A DNA stretch of 64,000 nt from a virus. Lineage: Duplodnaviria; Caudoviricetes. Of this stretch, positions 29,827-38,449 are shown piece by piece; the stretch's first letter is position 1, and every line of letters begins with the position of its first letter. The stretch spans positions 32,001 through 96,000 of the IMG/VR virus record IMGVR_UViG_3300037067_003221. One strand, given 5' to 3'. Both the position numbers and the translations under genes were made by a program. The notes under the pieces were generated by a model that was not told where the DNA came from, ran no database searches, and was given only the letters and a program-made list of their open reading frames with translations.

Positions 29827-30249
29827 GAATTAGATTCCTTTTACAACCAGTACAGTGATGATTCGCTAAGTTTACTACAAACTCAGTCTTGCGAACTAGG
29901 GCGGGCTGTTGTGTCACTCGCCCCTCACTATATTAACTATACCACATTTTGAGCAAAAGTCAAATGATTTTTTCAAAATACCCCGTAGGTAGCACCACCA
30001 TTAGGTTCGTGGTGCATTCAACCAATCGGCACCGTATTCTTTCATTAACCGGCCACATAAGACCGTAATTTCATCGCAACGGGCAATAGGTAGGCCGGTC
30101 ATGTATTCAATGTCATAACCCTGTTGACCGTCAAGACAGTCAAGCAAGGCATAAACGGCTTGTCTCGCAAGGTCGGCATCGATAGGTTTGTTGCTCATAC
30201 TTTAACTATACCATGTTTTCGGCGAAAGTCAAGAGAAAAATTAAAAATC

Positions 30250-30352
30250 GATTGTGACGGTCATCGGGGTCGAGTGGTCGGAACTCACCGTGGACCCCGA
30301 CAATCGGATAATCTAGCGCAAAGAAAAGGCCGGGAGGGGCAGCTTCCCGGCC
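30250..30352. repeat. CGGGGTC/GACCCCG element plus terminator
   Basis: GATTGTGACGGTCATCGGGGTC...GACCCCGACAATC...GCGCAAAGAAAAGGCCGGGA-loop-TCCCGGCC. Confidence 0.85.
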
Positions 30353-30365
30353 AGCACACTAGGAA

Positions 30366-31625
30366 TTAGAATGGAGGGCTGTAAACATCGATAGGGTTGA
30401 TATGAAACGCATTGCCATTGCGACTGGCAACTTCGATGTAATACTCCCACAAGGCATTACCGATAATATCGTGCATCATTTCCATCTGCGCATCGGTATC
30501 GCCCATGAATTTTTCTCGCAAAGCATCAATACTGTACTGCTTTACGTAATCGATGAATCGTAAATGAATCATCACCCAGTTGTTAATCGCGGTTGCATCA
30601 AGACTTGCATCATGCAAACGTAACTCGACACTTCCATGAACCAAATAAGCCCGCCAATTGATGTACTCGAATCGATCACGTTCACCGACAAAATATTCCC
30701 AATCGGATTCGCTGTTAATACCAGCAACTTCGTCAGCTTCGTAATCCACCCGGCCACAGTAGCTATTGTGTGCCCTGTCCTCACTAACCAATTGCATCCA
30801 AAGGTTTTGAGTGAGCCGGTAGGCGTAGGCGATACTACGTAATGATTGCCAGTCCTCATTTTCAACGTCAAAGTGAGCATGATACCCACAATGGCGGCTT
30901 ACCCGCCACCGCATTCGGTTGGCCGTGGCGCAAAAGTCGATAACTTCGTCAAGGCCCTGATCGCCGTACAAAATAGGCGAAACAAATTCTTTCCCCTCGA
31001 TTGAGCAATCCGATTTACACTCCCAAATGGTGCCGCCACGGATACTCCGATGGTTTTCGCAGCGGGAGGTTTCCAATTCCACGCCAAAGCGGCGGGTTGA
31101 ACCGATTCGATCATAGGTGGGATTCTCGCAGACAAAATCACTCATGCCCCATTCAGGTTGGTTGACAGAGCATTCGTCGCAATACCCATCTTCGTTAAGA
31201 TCGTCACGATGGTAAGTGTTGCCGCAACCGTGGCAATTGGTAAAATTGTCGCTGTAGCAATCGGCACAATAAAATTGGTCACGATGCGTATAGCTATTGT
31301 GTCGGCGAACCGCCTCCCCACACTCCGCACAAGTCACAAAGTTCCGGCTGTAGCAGCGGGGGCAATAATCCCCGTCGGTAGTATGACGCATTGCCGTGCG
31401 ATTCGTTTCGGCACCGCAATCATCACAGCAATAGTGAAGATAATCGTAACATGCTTCGCAATAATGCCGCCCGTTTGCCGATACAATGTCCTCACAATAC
31501 ACAGGCTGAGCGCAACCCGCACAAGGTACAAAGTAGGCAGCCGCGCACTCCGGGCAGTAACTATGCCCGTTGTAGTCTAATGCGTCCCGCCGATCAAAAT
31601 TGCCCGAACAATGATAACAAATCAT
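30366..31625 (-). CDS. Putative amidoligase with zinc-ribbon repeats, paralog 4
   Basis: RFGVELET, DCSIEGKEFVSPIL, CGYHAHFD, GSVELR. Confidence 0.85.
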   Translation of the reverse strand: MICYHCSGNFDRRDALDYNGHSYCPECAAAYFVPCAGCAQPVYCEDIVSANGRHYCEACYDYLHYCCDDCGAETNRTAMRHTTDGDYCPRCYSRNFVTCAECGEAVRRHNSYTHRDQFYCADCYSDNFTNCHGCGNTYHRDDLNEDGYCDECSVNQPEWGMSDFVCENPTYDRIGSTRRFGVELETSRCENHRSIRGGTIWECKSDCSIEGKEFVSPILYGDQGLDEVIDFCATANRMRWRVSRHCGYHAHFDVENEDWQSLRSIAYAYRLTQNLWMQLVSEDRAHNSYCGRVDYEADEVAGINSESDWEYFVGERDRFEYINWRAYLVHGSVELRLHDASLDATAINNWVMIHLRFIDYVKQYSIDALREKFMGDTDAQMEMMHDIIGNALWEYYIEVASRNGNAFHINPIDVYSPPF

Positions 31626-32485
31626 TTCCTAGTATCCTGCAAGTGAAAATTGAACTCTAAACAATTATACCATATTTTCGGCGGTTGTCAAATAAAATTT
31701 GCCCATTTTTACTTGATGCACACCCCGCCATTGAGAAGCGGCGGGCCTCCAAAAAATCGGCACATTCATTACATCCAGAGTTTCCCATAACATTTTCAAC
31801 CGCTCGCCCTGTCGCCCCCACTCGTTATTGTGGAAAACGATATGCACAGTTTCATTCTTCAAAGCCGAATGATCTTGCCGGGGCAACGATATGCTAAAAT
31901 TATCGATGTAGTTGTAGATTTCCACCACAACCGGCAATAAAATACGAGGAATAATCGCGCGGGTGTAGTGCTGCCGAATGGCAGTGCCCGAAAAATCCTG
32001 AATGTCGTTAAAGTCGAAAATCTTCATGTAATCACCACTACATCGACTAACCGCTCACCCTCTTCGAGTGGGATTTCGTCGTAATGCTCCGAGAGGATAC
32101 CACGGGAATAAACGGAATCGGTCGATTCGATACGCCCGGCCAGCCGATATTCATGGTCAGGCGCAGGCAAAACGATAACCGGGTTGCCGGGGATGGACTG
32201 CAAAGCTGCAATCAACTGATCTTTACGCATCGATTTCCACCTGTTCGAGAATGATAATGTCAAAATGCAAGTCACTAAGGAACTTATATTTGACAACCGC
32301 TTCACCGTCTTGCAACCGAACTTCGATACTATCGTACTCTTCATACTGATAGTTCAAGCTGTTGCGGATAATCTGCTTGATGCCAGCCGAATTAACAGCA
32401 TAGCCGTCAAGTATCTGATCGCTATTGTGGTCGCGTACAATGAAAATCATAATCAATTATACCTCATGTTTCCCGGTTTGTCAAA

Positions 32486-32567
32486 TCGGCCTGCAAGGAA
32501 TCGAACCTTGTGTGGGACTAGCCCAACAGATTTACAGTCTGCCGCCCGACCATCGAGCATCAAGCCG
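32486..32567 (-). tRNA. tRNA-Tyr(GTA), atypical (C1-G72, A8)
   Basis: GCAGA-CTGTAAA-TCTGT anticodon arm, long variable arm, CAAGG-TTCGATT-CCTTG T-arm. Confidence 0.8.
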
Positions 32568-32726
32568 TCTTATTTTGTTCTTTCGCCTGCGCTTTGTAAT
32601 AGGCCATGCGTTGCCGATAAGCCGACTTGCAACAATTACGCTTTCGATGTAGTGGGCGTAAGACACTGTTGCAAGTGGGGCAGCGCAGCACACCGCCAAC
32701 AAATTTGCCCATCGGGTACTTGCCCA

Positions 32727-32966
32727 TCATTTACTGTCCAGTTTGTTTTTGTATTCGTCGCGTTCGCGGCGGGTGGCTTCCAAGTCAAAGGCGATATACT
32801 TCATATCGAGCCGCAATTGACCCAGAGCATCCTGTACAAGCGAAAGTATTCGCGTTCGGCGTTCGCTTGCTTCAATCAACTTTGCAACCAATGGGGTCAC
32901 TTTCGCGGCGTATTGCGGCGGCAGTGTTTCGGCAACGGCGGCAAGTTCAATCAATGCTTCTTTCAT
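32727..32966 (-). CDS. Small coiled-coil protein resembling a conserved planctomycete protein
   Basis: RILSLVQDALGQLRLDMKYIAFDLEATRRERD motif (recognised from memory, not searched). Confidence 0.6.
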   Translation of the reverse strand: MKEALIELAAVAETLPPQYAAKVTPLVAKLIEASERRTRILSLVQDALGQLRLDMKYIAFDLEATRRERDEYKNKLDSK

Positions 32967-33036
32967 GGTTTTCCCTTTCATTACAATCTTACCACATTTT
33001 GCCCGGTTGTCAAGTGGAATTTTCAGATTTCACTTT

Positions 33037-33076
33037 ATCGGGGTCAATCGGCTGTGGGATAGTCTCGACCCCGACA
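33037..33076. repeat. CGGGGTC/GACCCCG element (last full copy)
   Basis: ATCGGGGTCAA...GACCCCGACA. Confidence 0.75.
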
Positions 33077-33287
33077 GCTAGCACAATAATACTGCGCACG
33101 CGCGCCCGCGATAGCAACTTCTGTGCCAAACCTTATAGACCCCGACACATAGAATAATCATTTTAATCAATTCGACGGCCCAGAAAAATTGGAATAGTCG
33201 TTACAGATTGGCCGTTATAAATACACCCCACCCATCGAATCGATACAATCGGATATAGAAAAATTCAGAAAATTTTTAGAATAGCCC

Positions 33288-33315
33288 TTGACAAAAGCCG
33301 CAAGCATGGTATCCT
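33288..33315 (+). promoter_or_regulatory. Plus-strand (counter-oriented) promoter
   Basis: TTGACA-N16-TATCCT with extended TG. Confidence 0.6.
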
Positions 33316-33452
33316 TGTAATAGCTAGAATAGACGACGGCACAACCAGTAAAGACGGAAGTGCCGCCTGCCAATCATAAAAGTCTGTATAAAAGGCAGGA
33401 ACAGTCCTGACCCCGAATGTCAGATTCTACGAATCCGTTCGAGGTTTTTAGA

Positions 33453-33495
33453 CCCTACATTGCGATTCAAAAAACTCCCCAGGTCAATTTTTCCG
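33453..33495. repeat. Conserved ~43-bp box, copy 2
   Basis: CCCTACATTGCGATTCAAAAAACTCCCCAGGTCAATTTTTCCG. Confidence 0.9.
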
Positions 33496-34999
33496 GGCGT
33501 TCCGCTACCAGCCGGTGGCGGCAGCATTTCCGCGACTTCGACCGTGGTTTCTGGACAGAAAAAATGCCGGTGTCGCATCGCTAACTCAACCATTTTAATT
33601 TGATGTGGCATCAATTTAATCATCATTTTCCCTTAGCGCAAAATTTAGGCCGGGCGATTAAGTCCCGGCCAAGCATATCACAGGGTCAAGTCGAAATCGT
33701 AGCAATCCGAATTAACAAGACCACGGTATAGCGTCATAAGTTAATGATTCTTTGACCGTAACACGTTCTAAGAATCCGGGTGCAGTGTCATAAAGCCGAC
33801 TATAATCAGGGTGAGCAACACCCCTAGCCGCTTGCACCGTGGCGGCAACGTCAGCATGAAGCAAATCTTCTTGCGACAAAATCACAACAGACCGATCTTC
33901 CACTTCCAAGTATTTATTGGCTCGGTGGCCTGTCGCCGGTCGAATCAAACATTTCACTTTGTTCTTGCCCGCGACCGCGCAAGCATGAAGCACTTGTTGA
34001 AACGAACCATTCCAAATCAAATACACATTCACATGCTCAGGAATTGGATACTGAACAACTTGCTTGATGGTGGTAATACCATGAGGCTCTTTCGACATTC
34101 TTCTACTTCTCGGCTTTCCGTTCAAATGATAAATGATGAATAAAACACACTTCCAAGCGCGTTAAGGTATGGGCATATTTAGTTCGGCCCGACTTTGGGC
34201 ACCCTAATAAAACCCTCCCCATGCCGCGAATATAATACGCCAGCATCGCGGCCTAGCGTAATGACTTGATCGAGGGCTTTTCCAAAAGCCATCTTTGCCT
34301 CTTGAACAAATTGCTCTTTAAGGTCGTTTTCACACACCCAAAATTGCACCGAATTATCTTCGTAGATTTTCGACCAACGCCATTTTGAAAGGCGCGGTTT
34401 GGGCATCGGTTTCGTACAAGCAATAGTTTGAATCCAGTGGAGCATGGTTAAATGTAAATATAATCCCGATGAATTTTTTGCGGGAAGCATTTTCGCGGGT
34501 CCAAGAATGCGTCTCGATAGTCCATAGCGTCACTCTCGGTATCGAACAACTTTACTTTGGGGTTGTTGATACCCGTAGGTTCAAGTTCGCCATTTTTCAA
34601 CAGCCACTTAACACCTAAACCGACTTCGCCATTTTCATCCACAGGGTTGTATTGCGTAGCAATAGCCCAATAAAATTCGTTCATGCTGGTACGTCCTTAA
34701 ACCAATATCTCCGTTTATCGTAAGTCAAATCAGCTAGGATGTACTCAATCCTAGCGTACACTGCATCGTTCGGCAAGTCGGCCCGTGCCCGACGTTCGGC
34801 TTCCAACATGGCATCCCTATTAGCCGCTTCGAGATTTACACACTCGCGGCTTTCGTAATTCCAAAACAGGAATCGTTTCATAACTCGTTCATACCGATAG
34901 TCCGGTATAACCTCAGTCATACGTTGAATGCAGCCAAAACGATGTTTGACATACACTTCAATCACTTGCAACAATTCTGTTCGTAGATGCTCATTCATG

Positions 35000-36595
35000 T
35001 TAGTTCCTTACAAAGTCTGCCATAACAGCCGGGCAGGCGGCATCAAAGCCGACAACATCCAACATCCCGGCATCATTCGGATCAGCAATAGTGAATCCAG
35101 TCGCCGTGGTCCCGGCCACGATCAACTTGGCGTTAATGCCCATTTTCTGACGGTATTGCGTCAAGGCTTGGCATGGGTGAATATCACCCGACCACGTTTC
35201 ATTATCGGTATAGATAATGAAAGCATCAACTTCAATTTTATTCTCCGCTGCGTACAGCATCGGAAGGGCACAATCAGTGCGGGACATTCTGATCGACTTA
35301 ATCAAGGCAATCACTTCGCTCAATCGAGAGCAACGGTTAATGTCCATCGGACTAATACCCCCGGAAAACGCCGTAACCAGCGTTTGCGGCTCAGTCTTAG
35401 TCGTAACCATCGACATGCAAGCCGACACATCCCTAGCAGAGAGATTCGTATTGGCTACACGCTGGCTACCCATCGAACCCGATACGTCAAGGGCAACCAT
35501 GTGCCGCTTGCCAGTCGGTTCAACTGCATCGAAAGACGCATAAAACGCATCTTCCAATGCCGCCGTAATTTGAGTTACAGGGGTCCAAGTCAATGCACCA
35601 CGGAAACCGTGGCCTTGACGATAGGTGTCTTGTGCAAGCAAGATCGACAACGGATGCACGCGCGCCCGCTTCAAATCTTCCATATTCATTAGGTGTCGGC
35701 ACACCAAATTGGTTGCAGCCGACAGCGGCTTCAATAGCCCGATGCTGGACAACTTGCCGAGATTGCGAATCAAGGCAGTGGGCGGCATGTGGGGCAGCAA
35801 TTCTTCCCAAATGACCGTGCTATTAAGCAACGTATTCGGAACATGCTCGAACGACATTTGATACTTGCGAATTAAATCCGCAGCCTTACGTTCGTCGCCG
35901 GGTCCGAGTTTTTGAATTGCTTCAAACCCTTCAACGATTGCCAAAGGCGAGTTAGCAGGGATGCAAGGAATACTGCCACCCTGAGTCAGATACTTGTATA
36001 GGGCGTTTCGCACATCGCTATTGGTCCGTGGGTGCGACAGCCGCAGCGCATCGCGGTGCGTATAACCTTCACGGTTACGATACTTCGTAACTTGATAGGC
36101 CAGCCGCTCTATTGGCATAACGTCATACCAAGTGGCAACTGCATTACGCAGACCACGGCCCCAACCACGCATTTCCTTACACGCTCCGATGAATTGGAAT
36201 AAGTGCGTCGGAATACGGCACACGGTCGATAGGTGGTGCAGAGCATGGCTACGGGCAACATTGTCGCCGTGACTTGCCACAAGGGCAAGAGCGAAGATTG
36301 CCGCATCGTTCTTAGGTGCCCGGCCAGCCGAACTAATACCGGCAATAGTCTTAACCGTGCGAGACGAATCGACGGCGGCACATTCCAACACGACCTTAGC
36401 ATTATCCACAGTCATCGGGCGTTCGCCAACATAATACGAACCGCCCTCGCATCCGAGAATCAAGAACCGTTCAAGACGGGTCCAAATATCCGTTGCGAAA
36501 ACAAATCCGCCAGCGTTATTTTTGACCTGTTCGCGGCCAAAGATAGCTTGCGATTGCGAAGTTTTGCGAGACGAAACATGCTGTGCGTAACTCAT
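35000..36595 (-). CDS. rsr: Ro60/Rsr (TROVE + vWA domain) RNA-binding protein
   Basis: NNAGGFVF, RFLILG.EGGSYY, RGWGRGLR, KYRNREG, ALIRNLGK, DVSGSM (MIDAS), TDCALPM, YTDNET, GMLDVVGFD; GGAG RBS before the ATG at 36595. Confidence 0.95.
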   Translation of the reverse strand: MSYAQHVSSRKTSQSQAIFGREQVKNNAGGFVFATDIWTRLERFLILGCEGGSYYVGERPMTVDNAKVVLECAAVDSSRTVKTIAGISSAGRAPKNDAAIFALALVASHGDNVARSHALHHLSTVCRIPTHLFQFIGACKEMRGWGRGLRNAVATWYDVMPIERLAYQVTKYRNREGYTHRDALRLSHPRTNSDVRNALYKYLTQGGSIPCIPANSPLAIVEGFEAIQKLGPGDERKAADLIRKYQMSFEHVPNTLLNSTVIWEELLPHMPPTALIRNLGKLSSIGLLKPLSAATNLVCRHLMNMEDLKRARVHPLSILLAQDTYRQGHGFRGALTWTPVTQITAALEDAFYASFDAVEPTGKRHMVALDVSGSMGSQRVANTNLSARDVSACMSMVTTKTEPQTLVTAFSGGISPMDINRCSRLSEVIALIKSIRMSRTDCALPMLYAAENKIEVDAFIIYTDNETWSGDIHPCQALTQYRQKMGINAKLIVAGTTATGFTIADPNDAGMLDVVGFDAACPAVMADFVRN

Positions 36596-36617
36596 TCTTT
36601 TCTCCAAATTAAAAATT

Positions 36618-36677
36618 AGGCAAGTTAGTGGAATGGGGTGCTTCAAAACCAAATTGATAACCCATCCCGTTCGGCCC
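36618..36677 (-). ncRNA. Minimal Y-RNA-like stem-loop Y1 in the rsr 5' region
   Basis: GGGC(C)GA..GGGATGGG-TTATC-loop-CCCATTCC..TTGCCT; bulged-C helix. Confidence 0.75.
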
Positions 36678-36689
36678 AAATCACACTCA

Positions 36690-37055
36690 CTACCAGTCCA
36701 TGCGGAACGAACCAAAATTGGTGTCGATCAGCATTTCTTTGAATTGATCTTCGGTCATTGCGGCATCTTCCGGTTCGTCATGGACGAAATTCAAGAAGAA
36801 TACCCAATCATACACTTGATACCGTTCGTAATCATACGGCAAGCAAGCATCAACCCACTCACCAATTTTACCATATTCGCCCTTATGGATAACCCAAGGG
36901 GCTTTCTTCTTATCGCAAAATTGTTTCCAAACTTCAAACCGTTCGGCTAACGGGAGCGACGTATCTGTTACATACTCCCGAAGTGCGGGCTGTACATACT
37001 TATGGTACTTCTCATTGTCTTGCAAGTGCGTAATAATCTCAGTAATTTGACTCAT
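36690..37055 (-). CDS. Hypothetical protein inside the Ro60/Y-RNA locus
   Basis: GGAG RBS; lies between the Y-like RNAs and rsr. Confidence 0.65.
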   Translation of the reverse strand: MSQITEIITHLQDNEKYHKYVQPALREYVTDTSLPLAERFEVWKQFCDKKKAPWVIHKGEYGKIGEWVDACLPYDYERYQVYDWVFFLNFVHDEPEDAAMTEDQFKEMLIDTNFGSFRMDW

Positions 37056-37156
37056 ACGTTCTCCAAAAGGTAAATAAGTGACTTGGCAGTTGCGCGACGA
37101 CTGCGTTTCCCCGGTGCTACCAGGGCTTTCTTAACGTCATTGAAATACAAGTCTTT

Positions 37157-37218
37157 GCGGACTAGGTATGTCGATAGGGGGCATCATTAACAGTGATAAC
37201 CTATCAACCTCGGCCCGC
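37157..37218 (-). ncRNA. Minimal Y-RNA-like stem-loop Y2
   Basis: GCGGGCCGAG-GTTGATAGG-TTATC-loop-CCTATCGAC..GTCCGC. Confidence 0.7.
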
Positions 37219-37225
37219 ACAAACA

Positions 37226-37299
37226 GGGATACATTTGGGACTTGCACCCAATCCTACGTATTCTTCTCTACGTCGCTCTACTACTAAGCCAATATATCC
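37226..37299 (-). ncRNA. Pseudo-tRNA with an 8-nt purine-only anticodon loop
   Basis: Acceptor GGATATA/TGTATCC, D arm, ACGTA-GAGAAGAA-TACGT, TTGGG-TGCAAGT-CCCAA. Confidence 0.6.
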
Positions 37300-37330
37300 G
37301 GGGACTCTATAGCGTCCCGCACAAAAGGGT

Positions 37331-37463
37331 TGGGCGTGAATGGGACTCGAACCCATACTGTTCCTTTGATAATGGATAACGCTTTACCGTCGGCCCGCGA
37401 TATACTCAGCCGGGCAAAAGGTGGCAAAACGGTTTAACGTGCTGCCATTACACTATCACGCCC
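37331..37463 (-). ncRNA. tRNA/Y-RNA chimera Y3 (Ro-binding helix replaces the anticodon arm)
   Basis: 8-bp acceptor GGGCGTGA/TCACGCCC, D arm TAGTGTAATGGCAGCAC, T arm ATGGG-TTCGAGT-CCCAT, internal CGTTTTGCC..TTGCCCG / CGGGC(C)GA..GGTAAAGCG-TTATC. Confidence 0.8.
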
Positions 37464-37800
37464 ATAAATTCAATTACTGTAACTGCTGTTTAGCTTGTGT
37501 TAACGCAGCAGCTTTCTGGTGATTCAATACCGCAAGCCGAATATCTTCATATTCAAACCCACTAATATACCCGTCGTCCATTGCAGTTTTTACTAGTTGC
37601 TGAACACAGGGATTATTGTCGCGTAATACTCGCACTTCATTGTAGCGATCGGATGAAATTTCTAGGCTCTGCTCGAATGAAATCAAACCAATAATCAACG
37701 CAACGATCCACAGACTGATTAAATTAAATACACTCTCTAAAATCGCGTCCAGAGACTTAAAAATTTTATTCATTTTTTGCTCAACCTTTCTTAAATTCAG

Positions 37801-37884
37801 TACCGAAGGTGGGAGTCGAACCCACACGGTCCTTCGACCACTGGTTTCTAAGACCAGCGCGGCTTCCAGTTACGCCACTTCGGC
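37801..37884 (-). tRNA. tRNA-Leu(TAG)
   Basis: CTGGT-CTTAGAA-ACCAG; long variable arm. Confidence 0.92.
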
Positions 37885-37891
37885 TCATAAG

Positions 37892-37975
37892 TACCGGAAG
37901 AGGGACTCGAACCCACACGGCCTTTCGACCCCCTGCTCTTGAGGCAGGCGCGGCTCCCAATTACGCCATTCCGGC
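37892..37975 (-). tRNA. tRNA-Leu(CAA)
   Basis: CCTGC-CTCAAGA-GCAGG; long variable arm. Confidence 0.92.
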
Positions 37976-38131
37976 AAAATCTAAGTTCAACTAAATACCC
38001 AGTACAGGAATGCAACGCCTGCCATATCAAACAGAAACGTCTGCACAACAATGGCCGGAGCATTTACATCTTGGATAGCACTAATAAGGCCGCTCATTAA
38101 AAATGCTTCCAATAGTACAAATACTAACAAT

Positions 38132-38284
38132 CTAATCTTCTTTCTTGTCATCGCTGATACCCTTCTTAAACTCCGTGATACTCTGTCCCAATGACCGCAT
38201 CACAGTAGGTAGGCGGTTGCCGAACAACATGAAGGCAATCAGGGCCACAACCAACCAATGGAACATGCTAAAACCACCCATCAT
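38132..38284 (-). CDS. tatA: Twin-arginine translocase TatA/TatE subunit (50 aa, missed by the ORF track)
   Basis: MMGGFSMFHWLVVALIAFMLFGNRLPTVMRSLGQSITEFKKGISDDKKED: TM helix, FG hinge, LP, amphipathic helix, FKKG; GGAG RBS. Confidence 0.9.
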   Translation of the reverse strand: MMGGFSMFHWLVVALIAFMLFGNRLPTVMRSLGQSITEFKKGISDDKKED

Positions 38285-38305
38285 AAACTCCCGTTGTAAA
38301 TTTCC

Positions 38306-38449
38306 GTCAGTCCAACCCGCCTACTCACGACCGCTTCCTAACGACTAATTCAAGCCGCATCGTCACAAGTCGCCCTTAGCTCTTACAGCAAACCACCCAT
38401 GAGAGTTGCTCGTCGTAGCTGACTCTCCCCCTCGGCGGGTGCCGACTAC
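38306..38449 (-). ncRNA. Putative structured RNA upstream of tatA
   Basis: Closing stem AGTC..ACCCGCC / GGCGGGT..GACT; internal GAGAGT..ACTCTC hairpin; begins GTAGTCGGC. Confidence 0.4.

Noticed and set aside
4309-33076. Calling the GACCCCG elements integron attC sites or IS ends
   Set aside because: No RYYYAAC/GTTRRRY cores, no target duplications, and no integrase or transposase in the window; kept only as an analogy
36596-36715. 40-aa N-terminal extension of Ro60 given in the ORF track
   Set aside because: It runs through the Y1 RNA and the upstream ORF; the ATG at 36595 has a GGAG RBS and matches where Ro60 homology begins
37076-37142. Hammerhead ribozyme or riboswitch (two hairpins joined by GAAAC)
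   Set aside because: The CUGANGA core is absent and no riboswitch consensus is recognisable; noted only as a possible structured element
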